A stretch of DNA of 64,000 bases, from NCBI GenBank assembly GCA_046329815.1, contig JAXLTY010000001.1, positions 869,471 through 933,470 of the forward strand, in the 5' to 3' direction. The notes under the pieces are model-generated. The model worked only from the letters and a program-made list of their open reading frames with translations, was not told the origin of the DNA and searched no databases. Shown piece after piece: positions 30,501 through 39,874 of the stretch. The position numbers and the translations under genes were made by a program. The DNA comes from Chitinophagales bacterium (GTDB lineage: Bacteria; Bacteroidota; Bacteroidia; Chitinophagales; JADIYW01). Every line of letters starts with the position of its first letter. Within the stretch, counting starts at the first letter, position 1.

Positions 30501-30725
30501 AATGATGAGTTTAAAGTGAGAAGTTCTGCTTTATTAAGTGGCACACTTTTAATTTACGATCGTTGGGGCAATAAGGTGTTTGAGTCGAATGATTTAACTA
30601 AAGGCTGGGACGGCATTTACAAAGGACAACCTGCACAGGTAGAAGTATATGGTTATTATTTTGAAGGCAAATGTATTAATGAAGAACCTATTGTAATAAA
30701 GGGAAATATTACTTTATTACGGTAA
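27567..30725 (+). CDS. Large cell-surface protein with SprB-like Cys-containing repeats and a T9SS type-B (gliding-motility-associated) C-terminal domain
   Basis: Signal peptide from Met13 (MKYCILKYGILKSLLVIMILCCGF). Recurrent C.G..DG.I-type repeats (CFGGSDGQIIG and others). C-terminus FIPNAFSPNNDGYNDEF...YDRWGNKVFES...GWDG...YGYYF matches the type-B CTD consensus. Confidence 0.7.
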   Translation: MKYCILKYGILKSLLVIMILCCGFNMFATIAIDSTKTTISRCPNNGTITVFATSNQPTVLYSILSGPEIRPYQSGNLFTGLFPGTYVVAASNIIGEKDSQTVIVKGSNYVEPDFAPTSKEPTCFGGSDGQIIGHPVLTNSRPPFTWVLTNTQTNVVTTQSNDTFNNLKAAEYTLRMYDSCQNFVTRTVYIIKEKDVFVFSASLTASKIGCDSMIIGFAFYSNNDYSTKKLKFTLYTLTDTIVKYSKPRIGFYNTPAPGLYLYGISDTFPNIDYNMDIHFTLEDTCGNIITSGATKIPAFIFDVKNWYVDNTNCDGNLGAILDIYRNIYYTQDYYYLTPKYPLSLTVTDVSTNTIVQTSIISSGLLNITPKIAGKTYSISITDGCKKNYTFNKIWPTPSSDPSTEVLVISGCIDSTSTAEIRLKGFGIGVKLEILYGPKFLHSTKPKYSYTDSILYPKIYTNFLNNGYLSGGVLIVNYVYILLKNLPEGIYAYRVTDSCGNIYNSTFTVKFSDLTKLNHTTSFTRRCLGQNILHYAVNCYNTYSYTVTVKNINTGIVLRSKSYLYVSSIDSLTSIPSGKYEISYTYSVDNRGATAINENIKDCWTVKDTVEIPPYERPQTASVSIIYCNGNRYAELRPDSTKGIAPYQYEVISGPRLYPLQASNIFTFIPVGNYVSRIVDACGNSNILDFGVDTLIFPPIHKIGSSCLDGTVTLYYQPSPFYTYQWTKPNGTIYIGDSLTINSVVYADTGLYLIKRFVNINGCKDTAETIYRLTSTTEYTRSETICEGESITVGTHNYTQTGTYNDTITSVFCDTIYTLNLTVLPILRREIDTTICFGKGIQIGNHFYNQTGTHIDTLSSINGCDSIITLKLTITQSISLQITASKTLVIAGDTVQLQATSSQPVGNYVWTSIATLNSNSIKNPIATITQPSWVYLNITADSLYRGCKNNDSIFIDLITDCKAENVFIPNAFSPNNDGYNDEFKVRSSALLSGTLLIYDRWGNKVFESNDLTKGWDGIYKGQPAQVEVYGYYFEGKCINEEPIVIKGNITLLR

Positions 30726-30756
30726 ATTATTCTAAACCAATTTCAAAGTAAAATAA

Positions 30757-30797
30757 ATAAAATGACGCATAAAGGAATTAGTCTATGCGTCATTTCT
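30757..30797. terminator. Bidirectional intrinsic terminator between convergent genes
   Basis: 11-bp stem aatgacgcata/tatgcgtcatt (30761-30771 / 30784-30794) with T-rich tracts on both sides. Confidence 0.55.
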
Positions 30798-30829
30798 TTT
30801 AGATTAAAAATAAGTAGGTTTTATAATTA

Positions 30830-33172
30830 TTACTCTGTTTTATTTTCGTTTGCCGGTTTTATCGTTTCGATATTTGTTGATTGCTTGTTAGTAATTTCTA
30901 AGAAATCTTTACCGGTTACTTTTTCCAATAAAGCCATGCTAATCAACTGACCCATTGCACCGCCGTCGCTGCCGTTGCCGCCCATAATTAATGTTTCAGG
31001 TACTAATTTTAATTGAAGTTTGGTTAACTGATCCATTACTCGAACTCTTACAAATCCTTCCTGACCCATCGCGTTTACTTCCAGTTTATACGATTCTGCG
31101 GTTGACTTACCTTTTTCTAAGATAATTTTCGCTTCAGCCAAACCAATTTTTTCTATCTTTTCTGCATCAGCAACAGCAGTAACTTTTGTGGCTTCTGCTT
31201 GTGCGTTTGCTTCTAATTTAAGCGATTCCGCTTTACCGGTTGCTGTTAATATCATCGATTGTTTTTCACCGGTAGATTTTTCTACTTCTGATTGTGCAAT
31301 ATTTTTTGCTATTTCAACGCCACGTTCTGAAGTCACCACTTCTTTCTGCATATTCGCTTGCGCGGTTGAATTTTCCAATGCTTTACGTTCGTCTTGTGCT
31401 TCACGTTGTGTTTTATACGTTGATTTTTCCTGTTCTGCAATTTGTCGGTCTGTTACCGGTTTGATTAACTCTTTTGGCAACACGACATCAGCAATCAATG
31501 TTTCTTTAGAATCAATATGATGCACTTTTAAAACAATATCGATATGCTCTTTCGCTTTGTCTTGCAATTCTTTTCTTTTCGTATAAAGATCTAATGCTTT
31601 TATGTATTGCGCCGCGTTTCTGAAGTGCGATGAAATTGCCGGTTCTAAAACCTGTGAAATCATATTTTTTACGGAACCTAAGTTGGCTATTACTTTTGGT
31701 GCGTTTTTCATCGGAATATGTATAATCACACTCACATCCATATTCACACTAAATGCATCAGCAGTTCGCAATGTTATTGTACTTAAGTTTGAATCTAACT
31801 GATGAGAGCTTGATGTATTATCTGCCCAATTTAATAAAATCTGTGTAGTCGGAACAATATCTACTTTGCAAACCTTCGTATTTATCGGATGTTTGCCTGG
31901 TTCTAACGGATTTGCCCAAATACCTTTTTTACCATTATCCACTATTTTAGCGTTTACATCTTCTCCACTTACATCATCGCCTTCTTCACCGACGAAACTG
32001 GTAACAACACCACAATATCCGATTTCAACACGCGTCATGTCTGCTTTTTCTACATCAGCAAACCATGGATTGATGACATAGTTACCTGCACGCAACACCG
32101 GAATCTGCAAACCTTTCTGTCCATCAGCATCTAAGAATGCCGCAGGATTTTGGAAGTTGTTATGCACATCAAGTCCTAGTTCTTCTGCTGCAATTTTTGT
32201 CGGATCCAAAATCGGTTTACCTTCTTTTACTGTAACAATTCCGACTTGATCGGCTTGTATGCTTGTCCAGTTTACGATTTCTGTAATCTTAAATAGTGCT
32301 GTATTGATACGGTATTTTCCAGGCATCAACACATCTAATTGTCTTCCTCTTTCGCCGCCATTTAAAATAAATGCCTGTCCATCAAAAAAGTTATTGTGTC
32401 CTTCAATTTTTTTCGCCAGCAATCGACCTTCCGGAATACGTTCGCCATCAGCAGCTACAATTAAGCCAATCATACCACCAGGAATATCAACCATCTTTCT
32501 TTTTTCTACATTAAACATAATAGAATTAATACGGTAAAAACCAGGCATCAGGAAGTTTATTTGAGGTCCTTTTTCACCGCCATTTTTAAGAAACAATTCT
32601 GCGTTTTGGAAATTATCACATTCAACAGGAACGCCAAAGTTTCCGCCCGGACGCTGTACTTGTTTTCCTGCGATAGATTCTACGATAGCGACTTCATCAT
32701 CTTCAACAATGATTGCATCGACAATAGATACTTCAAATAAATGTGGATTGATTCGATATTCGCCATCCGGCAAGATATCGAGTTGTGGACCTTTTTGACC
32801 GCCGTTTGTAAGGAATGCTTCGCCATCCTGAAACAAATCGCAATTTGTTTTTTTAGCCATCACTTCACCTGTTGGAATTGGTGCGCCTGTAATTGCGCGC
32901 ACAACGCCAACCTGATTTTTTTCGATAAGAATAAATTTATGCTTAGTCGTTTTATAAATAAATGGAATCAGCCAGTGAAAGCCAGGTCCTAAAATCCTTG
33001 CCTGAATACCAACTTCATGCTTCAGCGCAACCGTTCTTCCGTCCGGCATCTGCGCGCCAAACCATCTTCTTTCGAGTGTAACAACTTCATCTCCTTTTGC
33101 TATGGTGAAAGAGTGATATAAAATAAATAGAATGAATAAAATGCCGATGGCAATTAAAATAGATAGTGTCAT
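30830..33172 (-). CDS. Flotillin-like SPFH/band-7 membrane protein with five internal ~75-aa repeats
   Basis: N-terminal TM helix; residues ~84-440 carry five repeats of F[LI].NGG[QE][KR]G.QLD.L.PG.YRIN; SPFH core follows (ITLRTADAFSVNMDVSVIIHIP); long A/E/K-rich coiled-coil tail typical of flotillins. Confidence 0.7.
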   Translation of the reverse strand: MTLSILIAIGILFILFILYHSFTIAKGDEVVTLERRWFGAQMPDGRTVALKHEVGIQARILGPGFHWLIPFIYKTTKHKFILIEKNQVGVVRAITGAPIPTGEVMAKKTNCDLFQDGEAFLTNGGQKGPQLDILPDGEYRINPHLFEVSIVDAIIVEDDEVAIVESIAGKQVQRPGGNFGVPVECDNFQNAELFLKNGGEKGPQINFLMPGFYRINSIMFNVEKRKMVDIPGGMIGLIVAADGERIPEGRLLAKKIEGHNNFFDGQAFILNGGERGRQLDVLMPGKYRINTALFKITEIVNWTSIQADQVGIVTVKEGKPILDPTKIAAEELGLDVHNNFQNPAAFLDADGQKGLQIPVLRAGNYVINPWFADVEKADMTRVEIGYCGVVTSFVGEEGDDVSGEDVNAKIVDNGKKGIWANPLEPGKHPINTKVCKVDIVPTTQILLNWADNTSSSHQLDSNLSTITLRTADAFSVNMDVSVIIHIPMKNAPKVIANLGSVKNMISQVLEPAISSHFRNAAQYIKALDLYTKRKELQDKAKEHIDIVLKVHHIDSKETLIADVVLPKELIKPVTDRQIAEQEKSTYKTQREAQDERKALENSTAQANMQKEVVTSERGVEIAKNIAQSEVEKSTGEKQSMILTATGKAESLKLEANAQAEATKVTAVADAEKIEKIGLAEAKIILEKGKSTAESYKLEVNAMGQEGFVRVRVMDQLTKLQLKLVPETLIMGGNGSDGGAMGQLISMALLEKVTGKDFLEITNKQSTNIETIKPANENKTE

Positions 33173-33564
33173 GTTTTAAAAATTTTTGGATGAATGATAA
33201 ATGCAAACATTTGCTTTGTTCTATATGTAAAAGATAATTTTTTTAAATTAAGTTCCAATAAAATCAGATTTTCATTATTATTTTTTTTCACACAGAAAAG
33301 AATCCATAATAGTTCTATTGTATGAAAAAGAACGTACTAAATACATGATATTTAAAGATACATTCAAATATACATAAACTATAACACGTTAATGTCTTAT
33401 TTGTATTTTTTAATTTATAGCTATAAAACTTCTCGTTTATTTTAAAAACGGATGCTGTATATTTGAATACATTTTAAATCAGTTTTCATGAAACAGTTGT
33501 GTAATAATAATCTATTTTTGAAGACTAATTATTCAGATATTCAATTACAATTAAAACCAATTCA

Positions 33565-35310
33565 ATGAAACCAATAATTTCATTTCTCATTGTATGCAGC
33601 TTTGCTTTCACTGCGTGCAACAACCATCCATCCAAAAATGGCGATGCTGAATTTCAAAAGATGGCTGATGAATACATGAAAGGTTATCTGAACTGGCGAC
33701 CGCAATTTGGTGTGCAGTTAGGTTTGCACGAATACGATGGAAAAGTTACTGATTACAGCAAAGCATCTATTGATGCCGAATTAGCGCGCATGAAAGAATT
33801 TGAAAAAAAGTTTGCTGCAATTGATTCATCGACACTAAGCACCAAAAAATATTACGACTTGAAAATGCTTTTATTAAGCATCAAAAATGATATTTATGGC
33901 ATTGAAGACCTACACAATTACACAACAAATCCGATGACTTATGCAGGTGTAATTGATGTAAATATTTATGTAAAACGAAATTTTGCGCCAATTGAACAAC
34001 AAATAAAATCTATCATCGCAATAGAAAATGAAGCGCCGAAACTTTATGAAAATGCAAAAAAGAATTTGGTTGATTCGTTATCATTACCACATACACAACT
34101 GGCCATTGATATTGCAAGAGGCACAGCTTCATTTTTAGGAAATGATTTATTAGTTGCGTTAAAAGATGTAAAAGATACCGCTTTGATGAAAACTTTTAAC
34201 GAAGCCAATGCTAAAGCGATTGCTGTAATCAATGATTATGCATCTTATTTAGAAAAAGAAAAATTGCCTAAAGCACATAACCATTATGCAATTGGTGTAG
34301 AAAATTATAAAAAGATGTTGTTGTATGGTGAAAATATCACAATGACGCCTGACGAAATTTTAGCAATTGGCATGAAAGAATTGGCAAAAGAACAAGCTGC
34401 TTTTAATGCGGCTGCTAAAATTATCAATCCGAATAAAGCGCCGATTGATGTGTATAATGATGTACAAAAAGAACATCCGACTGCCACAAGTTTAATTCCT
34501 GATTCTAAGAAAAATTTAGAAGCTATTCGCCAGTTTTTGATTGATAAGAAGATCATTACATTACCATCAGAAGTGCGTGTAAAAGTAGAAGAAACACCAC
34601 CTTATGCGCGCTCTACCAGCACAGCATCTATGGATACGCCAGGACCGTTTGAAGAAAAAGCAACAGAAGCATATTACTACATCACACCGGTAGATCCGAA
34701 ATGGACACCAAAACAACAGGAAGAATGGCTGGCGAATTTTAATTTTTATACTACAGATGTTGTATCGATTCATGAAGCATATCCAGGACATTACACGCAG
34801 TTCTTACATTTAAATGCTTCAGACGCTTCTAAAGTACAAAAGATGTTTGGCAGTTACGCATTTGTTGAAGGCTGGGCACACTACACTGAAAAGATGGTGA
34901 TTGACGAAGGTTTTTGCAATGGCGGCGATGCTATCAAAGCGGCAAAATATCGTATCGCTCAATCCGGTGATGCGTTACTGCGTTTATGTCGTTTGTGTGT
35001 TTCTATCAATACGCACTGTCATGGTATGACGGTTGATGAAGCTACTAAATTCTTTGTTGACAACTGGCATCAAGGTGAAAAACCATCGCGACAAGAAGCA
35101 TTGCGTGGAACGTTCGATCCTGGTTATTTATTTTATACGCTAGGCAAATTGCAAATTTTAAAATTACGCGAAGACTATAAAAAACAAGAAGGCGCAAATT
35201 ATTCCTTACAAAAATTCAATGATGCGATGCTAGATAACGGAATGCCGCCGATCAGTATTATGCGACAAATTTTACTGAAAGATAAAAAAAGCTGGAACGA
35301 AATCTTATAA
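33565..35310 (+). CDS. DUF885-family lipoprotein (putative metallo-hydrolase)
   Basis: Lipobox FAFTAC; 581 aa; HEAYPGHY motif that I recall as characteristic of DUF885. Confidence 0.5.
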   Translation: MKPIISFLIVCSFAFTACNNHPSKNGDAEFQKMADEYMKGYLNWRPQFGVQLGLHEYDGKVTDYSKASIDAELARMKEFEKKFAAIDSSTLSTKKYYDLKMLLLSIKNDIYGIEDLHNYTTNPMTYAGVIDVNIYVKRNFAPIEQQIKSIIAIENEAPKLYENAKKNLVDSLSLPHTQLAIDIARGTASFLGNDLLVALKDVKDTALMKTFNEANAKAIAVINDYASYLEKEKLPKAHNHYAIGVENYKKMLLYGENITMTPDEILAIGMKELAKEQAAFNAAAKIINPNKAPIDVYNDVQKEHPTATSLIPDSKKNLEAIRQFLIDKKIITLPSEVRVKVEETPPYARSTSTASMDTPGPFEEKATEAYYYITPVDPKWTPKQQEEWLANFNFYTTDVVSIHEAYPGHYTQFLHLNASDASKVQKMFGSYAFVEGWAHYTEKMVIDEGFCNGGDAIKAAKYRIAQSGDALLRLCRLCVSINTHCHGMTVDEATKFFVDNWHQGEKPSRQEALRGTFDPGYLFYTLGKLQILKLREDYKKQEGANYSLQKFNDAMLDNGMPPISIMRQILLKDKKSWNEIL

Positions 35311-35345
35311 ACTGTAATTTGATTTAATACTATAAGAAAGGTTCA

Positions 35346-35385
35346 GCGTTTGCTGAACCTTTCTTTATTTTTTTATTATTTGAAT
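35346..35385 (+). terminator. Intrinsic terminator after the DUF885 gene
   Basis: 12-bp stem gaaaggttcagc/gctgaacctttc followed by tttatttttttatt. Confidence 0.6.
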
Positions 35386-36030
35386 TTATCTTTCAATGTC
35401 ATCAATCACAAATTGTTCGTCTAAATTACTCATAGATTCGACACTTTCTTTCAAGTCTTTTTTATAATAATAAACTACTTCGTCAGACCATTTTTCACTT
35501 TCAGGTTTGCTTTTGATCTCACTGCGCTTGCCTGATGTTGCTTCGTATAAGCATAACTTAAAACCAATTCTGTCGCCATTGACAGACACTACTTTCATGT
35601 AAGAATAATAATTTGTTTTGCTGAACGTACCTCTTTTTTCTGTTTTAGTTTCATACACATCACCAATTTTCGGATCATCGATATATGCTTTGAATTTACC
35701 ATTGTTTACTGTGGTGTTAATCGCCACCCAAATCATCATAACTACAATAAAATAAGAAAATGTGTACAGCCAGATTGATGGTTTCTTTGTATGAATCATC
35801 AGATCATATTTATCAATAGCATAGTTTGGTGCGTCTTTGAAAGGAACTACATTTTTGCAACTCTCACAAATAATTTCGCTTTTCTTCGTAGTTGGAAACA
35901 ATGGAAATCCAACGACAAAAACACCTTGATAAAGTGTGATGTTCATTTCGCTCATCTTATTGCAAACCGGGCATTTATCGGCAACGGTTGCGTTTCCGTA
36001 ATTAGCGTATATAATTCCTATTCTTGCCAT
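35386..36030 (-). CDS. Zinc-ribbon (CxxC...CxxC) membrane protein, hypothetical
   Basis: CPVCNKM...CESCKN zinc ribbon, one TM helix (IWLYTFSYFIVVMMIWVAI), then ~100-aa soluble domain; 4 nt downstream of the next gene. Confidence 0.5.
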   Translation of the reverse strand: MARIGIIYANYGNATVADKCPVCNKMSEMNITLYQGVFVVGFPLFPTTKKSEIICESCKNVVPFKDAPNYAIDKYDLMIHTKKPSIWLYTFSYFIVVMMIWVAINTTVNNGKFKAYIDDPKIGDVYETKTEKRGTFSKTNYYSYMKVVSVNGDRIGFKLCLYEATSGKRSEIKSKPESEKWSDEVVYYYKKDLKESVESMSNLDEQFVIDDIER

Positions 36031-36034
36031 TTAG

Positions 36035-36736
36035 TTATTTATAATTTGATTCGTTTGGTTTTGCTCCGTTCACATAATCTTGTTTGTTTTGTTTTACATC
36101 TTCAATAACAACGGTCTTGCAAAGAATGTCATACAGATTTTGTCTTCTGTCATTCCACAATAACCATAACCATGGCAGCGCCAGCCAACCTAACAACAAT
36201 TTTAATGTTTCGCGCAAAAAGCCCATCGCCGGATTTTTTATATCTTCTTCCGTGTATGCATGAATGACTTTCATCTTTAATAGCTTGTGCCCAAGATTTC
36301 CGCTCCATGCAAAATAACATAAAGCATCTACAGCGAGTATAAAAATAAAATTATAGACACCGGTTATATTCTGTCCGACAATACTTAAAGCAATTAACAA
36401 AAGCGTCCAATGAATAACACACGCAGCAAATCTTTTTGTTGGTGATGCTATTTGAAATCCTGAATAGGTCACATCTTTTGCATCATTTAAAATAGCTTCC
36501 TGATTGTAGGTACGATTGCCTTTTGTATTTTGCAAACGAGTAGACAATTCAGCAAAATCTTTTTTTGCTGCATCTACTCTATTATATACATCTTCGATAC
36601 TGGAAACCGGCATCCATTCTACCATGCCATTTGTCCAAATTAAATTTCCATTCTGAAAATCCAGTTTTCTTAATTCATTAATGGAATAAGGTCCGAATTG
36701 CTGACCGCTTTGTACAACGTAATATCTGTTTGCCAT
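36035..36736 (-). CDS. GYF/DUF4339-like N-terminal domain fused to an RDD-family membrane domain
   Basis: N-terminus YYVVQSGQQFGPYSINELRKL...WTNGMVEWMP; C-terminal TM region with RDD-like conserved R/D/D and ...NLYDILCKTVVI. Confidence 0.5.
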   Translation of the reverse strand: MANRYYVVQSGQQFGPYSINELRKLDFQNGNLIWTNGMVEWMPVSSIEDVYNRVDAAKKDFAELSTRLQNTKGNRTYNQEAILNDAKDVTYSGFQIASPTKRFAACVIHWTLLLIALSIVGQNITGVYNFIFILAVDALCYFAWSGNLGHKLLKMKVIHAYTEEDIKNPAMGFLRETLKLLLGWLALPWLWLLWNDRRQNLYDILCKTVVIEDVKQNKQDYVNGAKPNESNYK

Positions 36737-36821
36737 GATTTAAAAAGAAGCAAATATATTAATTATTCCAGCAGCTTCATAAACTCATCGAACAAATATC
36801 TTGAGTCGTGTGGCAGTGTTC

Positions 36822-38009
36822 TTATAGTTTACAAGTTTTTACTAATTCATCTGATACTACTTTTCCCCAAATCCTATAACCTATAGGTCGAAAATGATAA
36901 TCAAGTTTATAATAATATTTGTAAAAGTTTGTATCAGCGTTAATTATATTGTAGATCTTTTCTTGCGTATCTATATATTTTACATTATTTACTTTATTGT
37001 TATGTTCTAAAATGGATTTCATATTTCCATTCCAATTTATGTTTGATTGAAATTGTTGATTTAGGCTATATATTTCAGATGGACCAGGTGTCAAGATTGT
37101 AATAAAGATGATATTTTTTTTCAAACAGAAATTATTAAAGTCATTTAATGTATTTTGTATTGTATTCCAAGCAAAATTATAGTCTTCTTTATCTTTATTA
37201 TTTGGATTAATATTTTGTCCATTAGCTATATATCTAAAAATAAATGAGAATGAGTATATAAATTCCCACCAATATGCTTTTCTGATAACATTTTTGAATC
37301 GTTCTTGTCCACCTCTGAAAATAATATCGTCTATGTCAGAATAATCTAGGTTATACATAATAATTTTAGGTTTTAAAATTACATTTAATGTATCAAGCAA
37401 TTTATATGCATAGATTAAATCGCTTCCTGAAACTCCACAGTTAATAACATTGTAATTAAATCCACTATTTTTTAAATATTCTTGAATACTTTTTATTCCA
37501 GTTGAATCAAATGGTGCGCCTACACCTTCTGTATATGAATCACCAAGAACAACGATATTATTTGATTTACCACTATAATTTGTAAACGACAACTCTCTAA
37601 AGCCAAATTCATTATATATATGTTCATAATTAAATTCTATTTTTTCAGAGAAACTATATGTATTGGGTTCATTTATTCTAAACCCATTTATTAAAGCACG
37701 GTTCTGACCATATGATCTTGAAGAATATGGTGTGAGAATTGAACTGGAATTTGATTCTGAATAACTAAGATTTTTTTTTGAAATCCTTAAAAAAAGTTCC
37801 GTTATAAAAATAATAATGATTAATATGAATAAATTAATCCTTAGTGATTTTTTATTTACAAATCTAGCTGCTGTAAAAAGTAATATGTAAACAGTTAGTG
37901 TTACATAAAAACCACCTATTCCAACTTTGTAGAACAATAACGTTTCTAAAATAAATAGTAACAGTAAAATTATTAATAGAACAGTTTTGGTCTTTCTATA
38001 CTTAAACAT
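36822..38009 (-). CDS. Membrane-anchored SGNH/GDSL-type hydrolase
   Basis: Three N-terminal TM helices; GDS motif VVLGDSYTEGVG; C-terminal DYHF (DxxH) catalytic-dyad candidate. Confidence 0.55.
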   Translation of the reverse strand: MFKYRKTKTVLLIILLLLFILETLLFYKVGIGGFYVTLTVYILLFTAARFVNKKSLRINLFILIIIIFITELFLRISKKNLSYSESNSSSILTPYSSRSYGQNRALINGFRINEPNTYSFSEKIEFNYEHIYNEFGFRELSFTNYSGKSNNIVVLGDSYTEGVGAPFDSTGIKSIQEYLKNSGFNYNVINCGVSGSDLIYAYKLLDTLNVILKPKIIMYNLDYSDIDDIIFRGGQERFKNVIRKAYWWEFIYSFSFIFRYIANGQNINPNNKDKEDYNFAWNTIQNTLNDFNNFCLKKNIIFITILTPGPSEIYSLNQQFQSNINWNGNMKSILEHNNKVNNVKYIDTQEKIYNIINADTNFYKYYYKLDYHFRPIGYRIWGKVVSDELVKTCKL

Positions 38010-38100
38010 AACTATTATTTATGTCTCAAGATATTTAATTTCTCATTAGTGTGCAATTAATGTGTATTTTATTTTACATATATGAGCAGAAATTTGTTAC

Positions 38101-38445
38101 ATGCAACATAAAGGTGAAATACTCGAAAAAGCGATTAGAGAAAGTGGAATACCAATTATTAAAGTTGCAAAAATGTTAGGCAAAAGCAGAAGATGGATGT
38201 ATCATACATTTGAAAATAATAATGTTTCTATAGATGTAATTTTAGAAATAGGCAAAATCATTCACCATGATTTTTCAAAAGATATAAAAGGATTAGTAAA
38301 ATACAAACTTGCTTCTGATGAAAATACAGAAGACAAATCAGAATTTTGGAAAAATAAATATGTAGAATTATTAGAAAAATATAACGATTTGCTACTTTCT
38401 CAAAATAAGAAAACAGAACTAAAGTCAAAAGTTAATAAAATATAG
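38101..38445 (+). CDS. Small putative HTH DNA-binding protein
   Basis: IIKVAKMLGKSRRWMYH resembles an HTH; transcribed divergently from the SGNH gene. Confidence 0.4.
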   Translation: MQHKGEILEKAIRESGIPIIKVAKMLGKSRRWMYHTFENNNVSIDVILEIGKIIHHDFSKDIKGLVKYKLASDENTEDKSEFWKNKYVELLEKYNDLLLSQNKKTELKSKVNKI

Positions 38446-38451
38446 ATTTCT

Positions 38452-39537
38452 TTATTTCAGCATCTTCATAAAATCATCGAACAAATATCTTGAGTCGTGT
38501 GGACCTGGCGCGGCTTCCGGATGGTATTGAACAGAGAACGCTTTCTTACCAACGATCTCTAAACCTTCTACCGAATTATCATTTAAATTTATGTGTGTCA
38601 ACACGGCTTTATCTGAATTTTTAAGTGCTTCCATATCTACGGCAAATCCATGGTTTTGTGTCGTGATCTCGCACTTTCCGGTTTTCAGATTTTTTACCGG
38701 ATGGTTGCCGCCGCGATGTCCATGATGCAGCTTATAGGTTGGAATGCCAACCGCGCGCGCGAGCAATTGATTGCCTAAACAAATACCAAACAATGGTTTA
38801 TCTTCTTCCAGAATTTGCTTAACCGTATTCACCGCGTAATCCATCGCGCCCGGATCGCCTGGTCCGTTGGAAATAAAATAGCCATCCGGTTGAAACGCTT
38901 TCAGATCAGCAAAAGAAGTATGTGCAGGAAATACTTTTATAAAACAATCTCTGTTATCAAAATTGCGTAAGATATTTTTCTTGATACCAAAATCCAAAGC
39001 AGCAATTTTATACTTTGCATTTTCATTGCCATATGTATAAGTTTTCTTCGTTGTTACAGCAGATGACAATTCCAAACCTTCCATGTCTGGTACATTTTGC
39101 AATTCTTTTTTCAGAAAATCAATATCTGTATTTTCTGAAGAAATGATGGCATTCATCGCGCCTTTTTCGCGAACATGACGAACCACTGCACGCGTGTCGA
39201 TTCCTGTGATACCAACTAAATTATTTTGCGTAAAATAATCATCGATAGAACTATCCGCTTGCTTGCGCGAAAACTGGTTGGTGTATTCGCGGCAGATCAA
39301 ACCGGCAATTTGTATTTTATCAGATTCGGCTTCGAGTTCTTTGATGCCATAATTACCGACATGCACATTGGTTGAAATCAATAACTGACCAAAATAACTT
39401 GGATCAGTGAATAATTCCTGGTAACCGGTCATTGACGTGTTAAAGCAGATTTCGCCGGTTGCTGTTCCGATCTTTCCGCATGCTTGTCCGGTGAATGAAG
39501 TTCCGTCTTGAAGTAATAAAATTGCTGTGTTTGCCAT
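38452..39537 (-). CDS. carA: Carbamoyl-phosphate synthase small (glutaminase) subunit
   Basis: CPSase small-chain N-domain plus class-I GATase with GICLGNQLL catalytic Cys and HGHRGGNHP. Confidence 0.9.
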   Translation of the reverse strand: MANTAILLLQDGTSFTGQACGKIGTATGEICFNTSMTGYQELFTDPSYFGQLLISTNVHVGNYGIKELEAESDKIQIAGLICREYTNQFSRKQADSSIDDYFTQNNLVGITGIDTRAVVRHVREKGAMNAIISSENTDIDFLKKELQNVPDMEGLELSSAVTTKKTYTYGNENAKYKIAALDFGIKKNILRNFDNRDCFIKVFPAHTSFADLKAFQPDGYFISNGPGDPGAMDYAVNTVKQILEEDKPLFGICLGNQLLARAVGIPTYKLHHGHRGGNHPVKNLKTGKCEITTQNHGFAVDMEALKNSDKAVLTHINLNDNSVEGLEIVGKKAFSVQYHPEAAPGPHDSRYLFDDFMKMLK

Positions 39538-39554
39538 AGTTTGGTATTTATGGA

Positions 39555-39866
39555 TTAAGATTTACGATTTCTATTGTATTTTCTTTTGGGATTTCTTTTA
39601 TGATGATAAACTGAAAAAATAATTATCCGTTTATTTTTATCATCAATTGTGTAAATAATGTGAAATGAAAATTTTTTTAGTCCAAATTCGTAGTAATTCT
39701 TATATTGATTTTTCCATCTTTTTGGATGTTCACAAATGAGCAGAAGAGCTTCGTCTATAGAAGAAATAAAATCGCTAGCTGCCTGTAAACTTCTATCCAA
39801 ATACCATTCCAATGAAGTTTCATATTCTTCTTGCGCACGCAATTCAAAAACATACTGATAGATCAC
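39555..39866 (-). CDS. RelE/ParE-family type II toxin
   Basis: 103 aa; ...FGLKKFSFHIIYTIDDKNKRIIIFSVYHHKR fits the ParE/RelE fold pattern; 8 nt downstream of a small partner gene. Confidence 0.6.
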   Translation of the reverse strand: MIYQYVFELRAQEEYETSLEWYLDRSLQAASDFISSIDEALLLICEHPKRWKNQYKNYYEFGLKKFSFHIIYTIDDKNKRIIIFSVYHHKRNPKRKYNRNRKS

Positions 39867-39874
39867 CTAACTAA

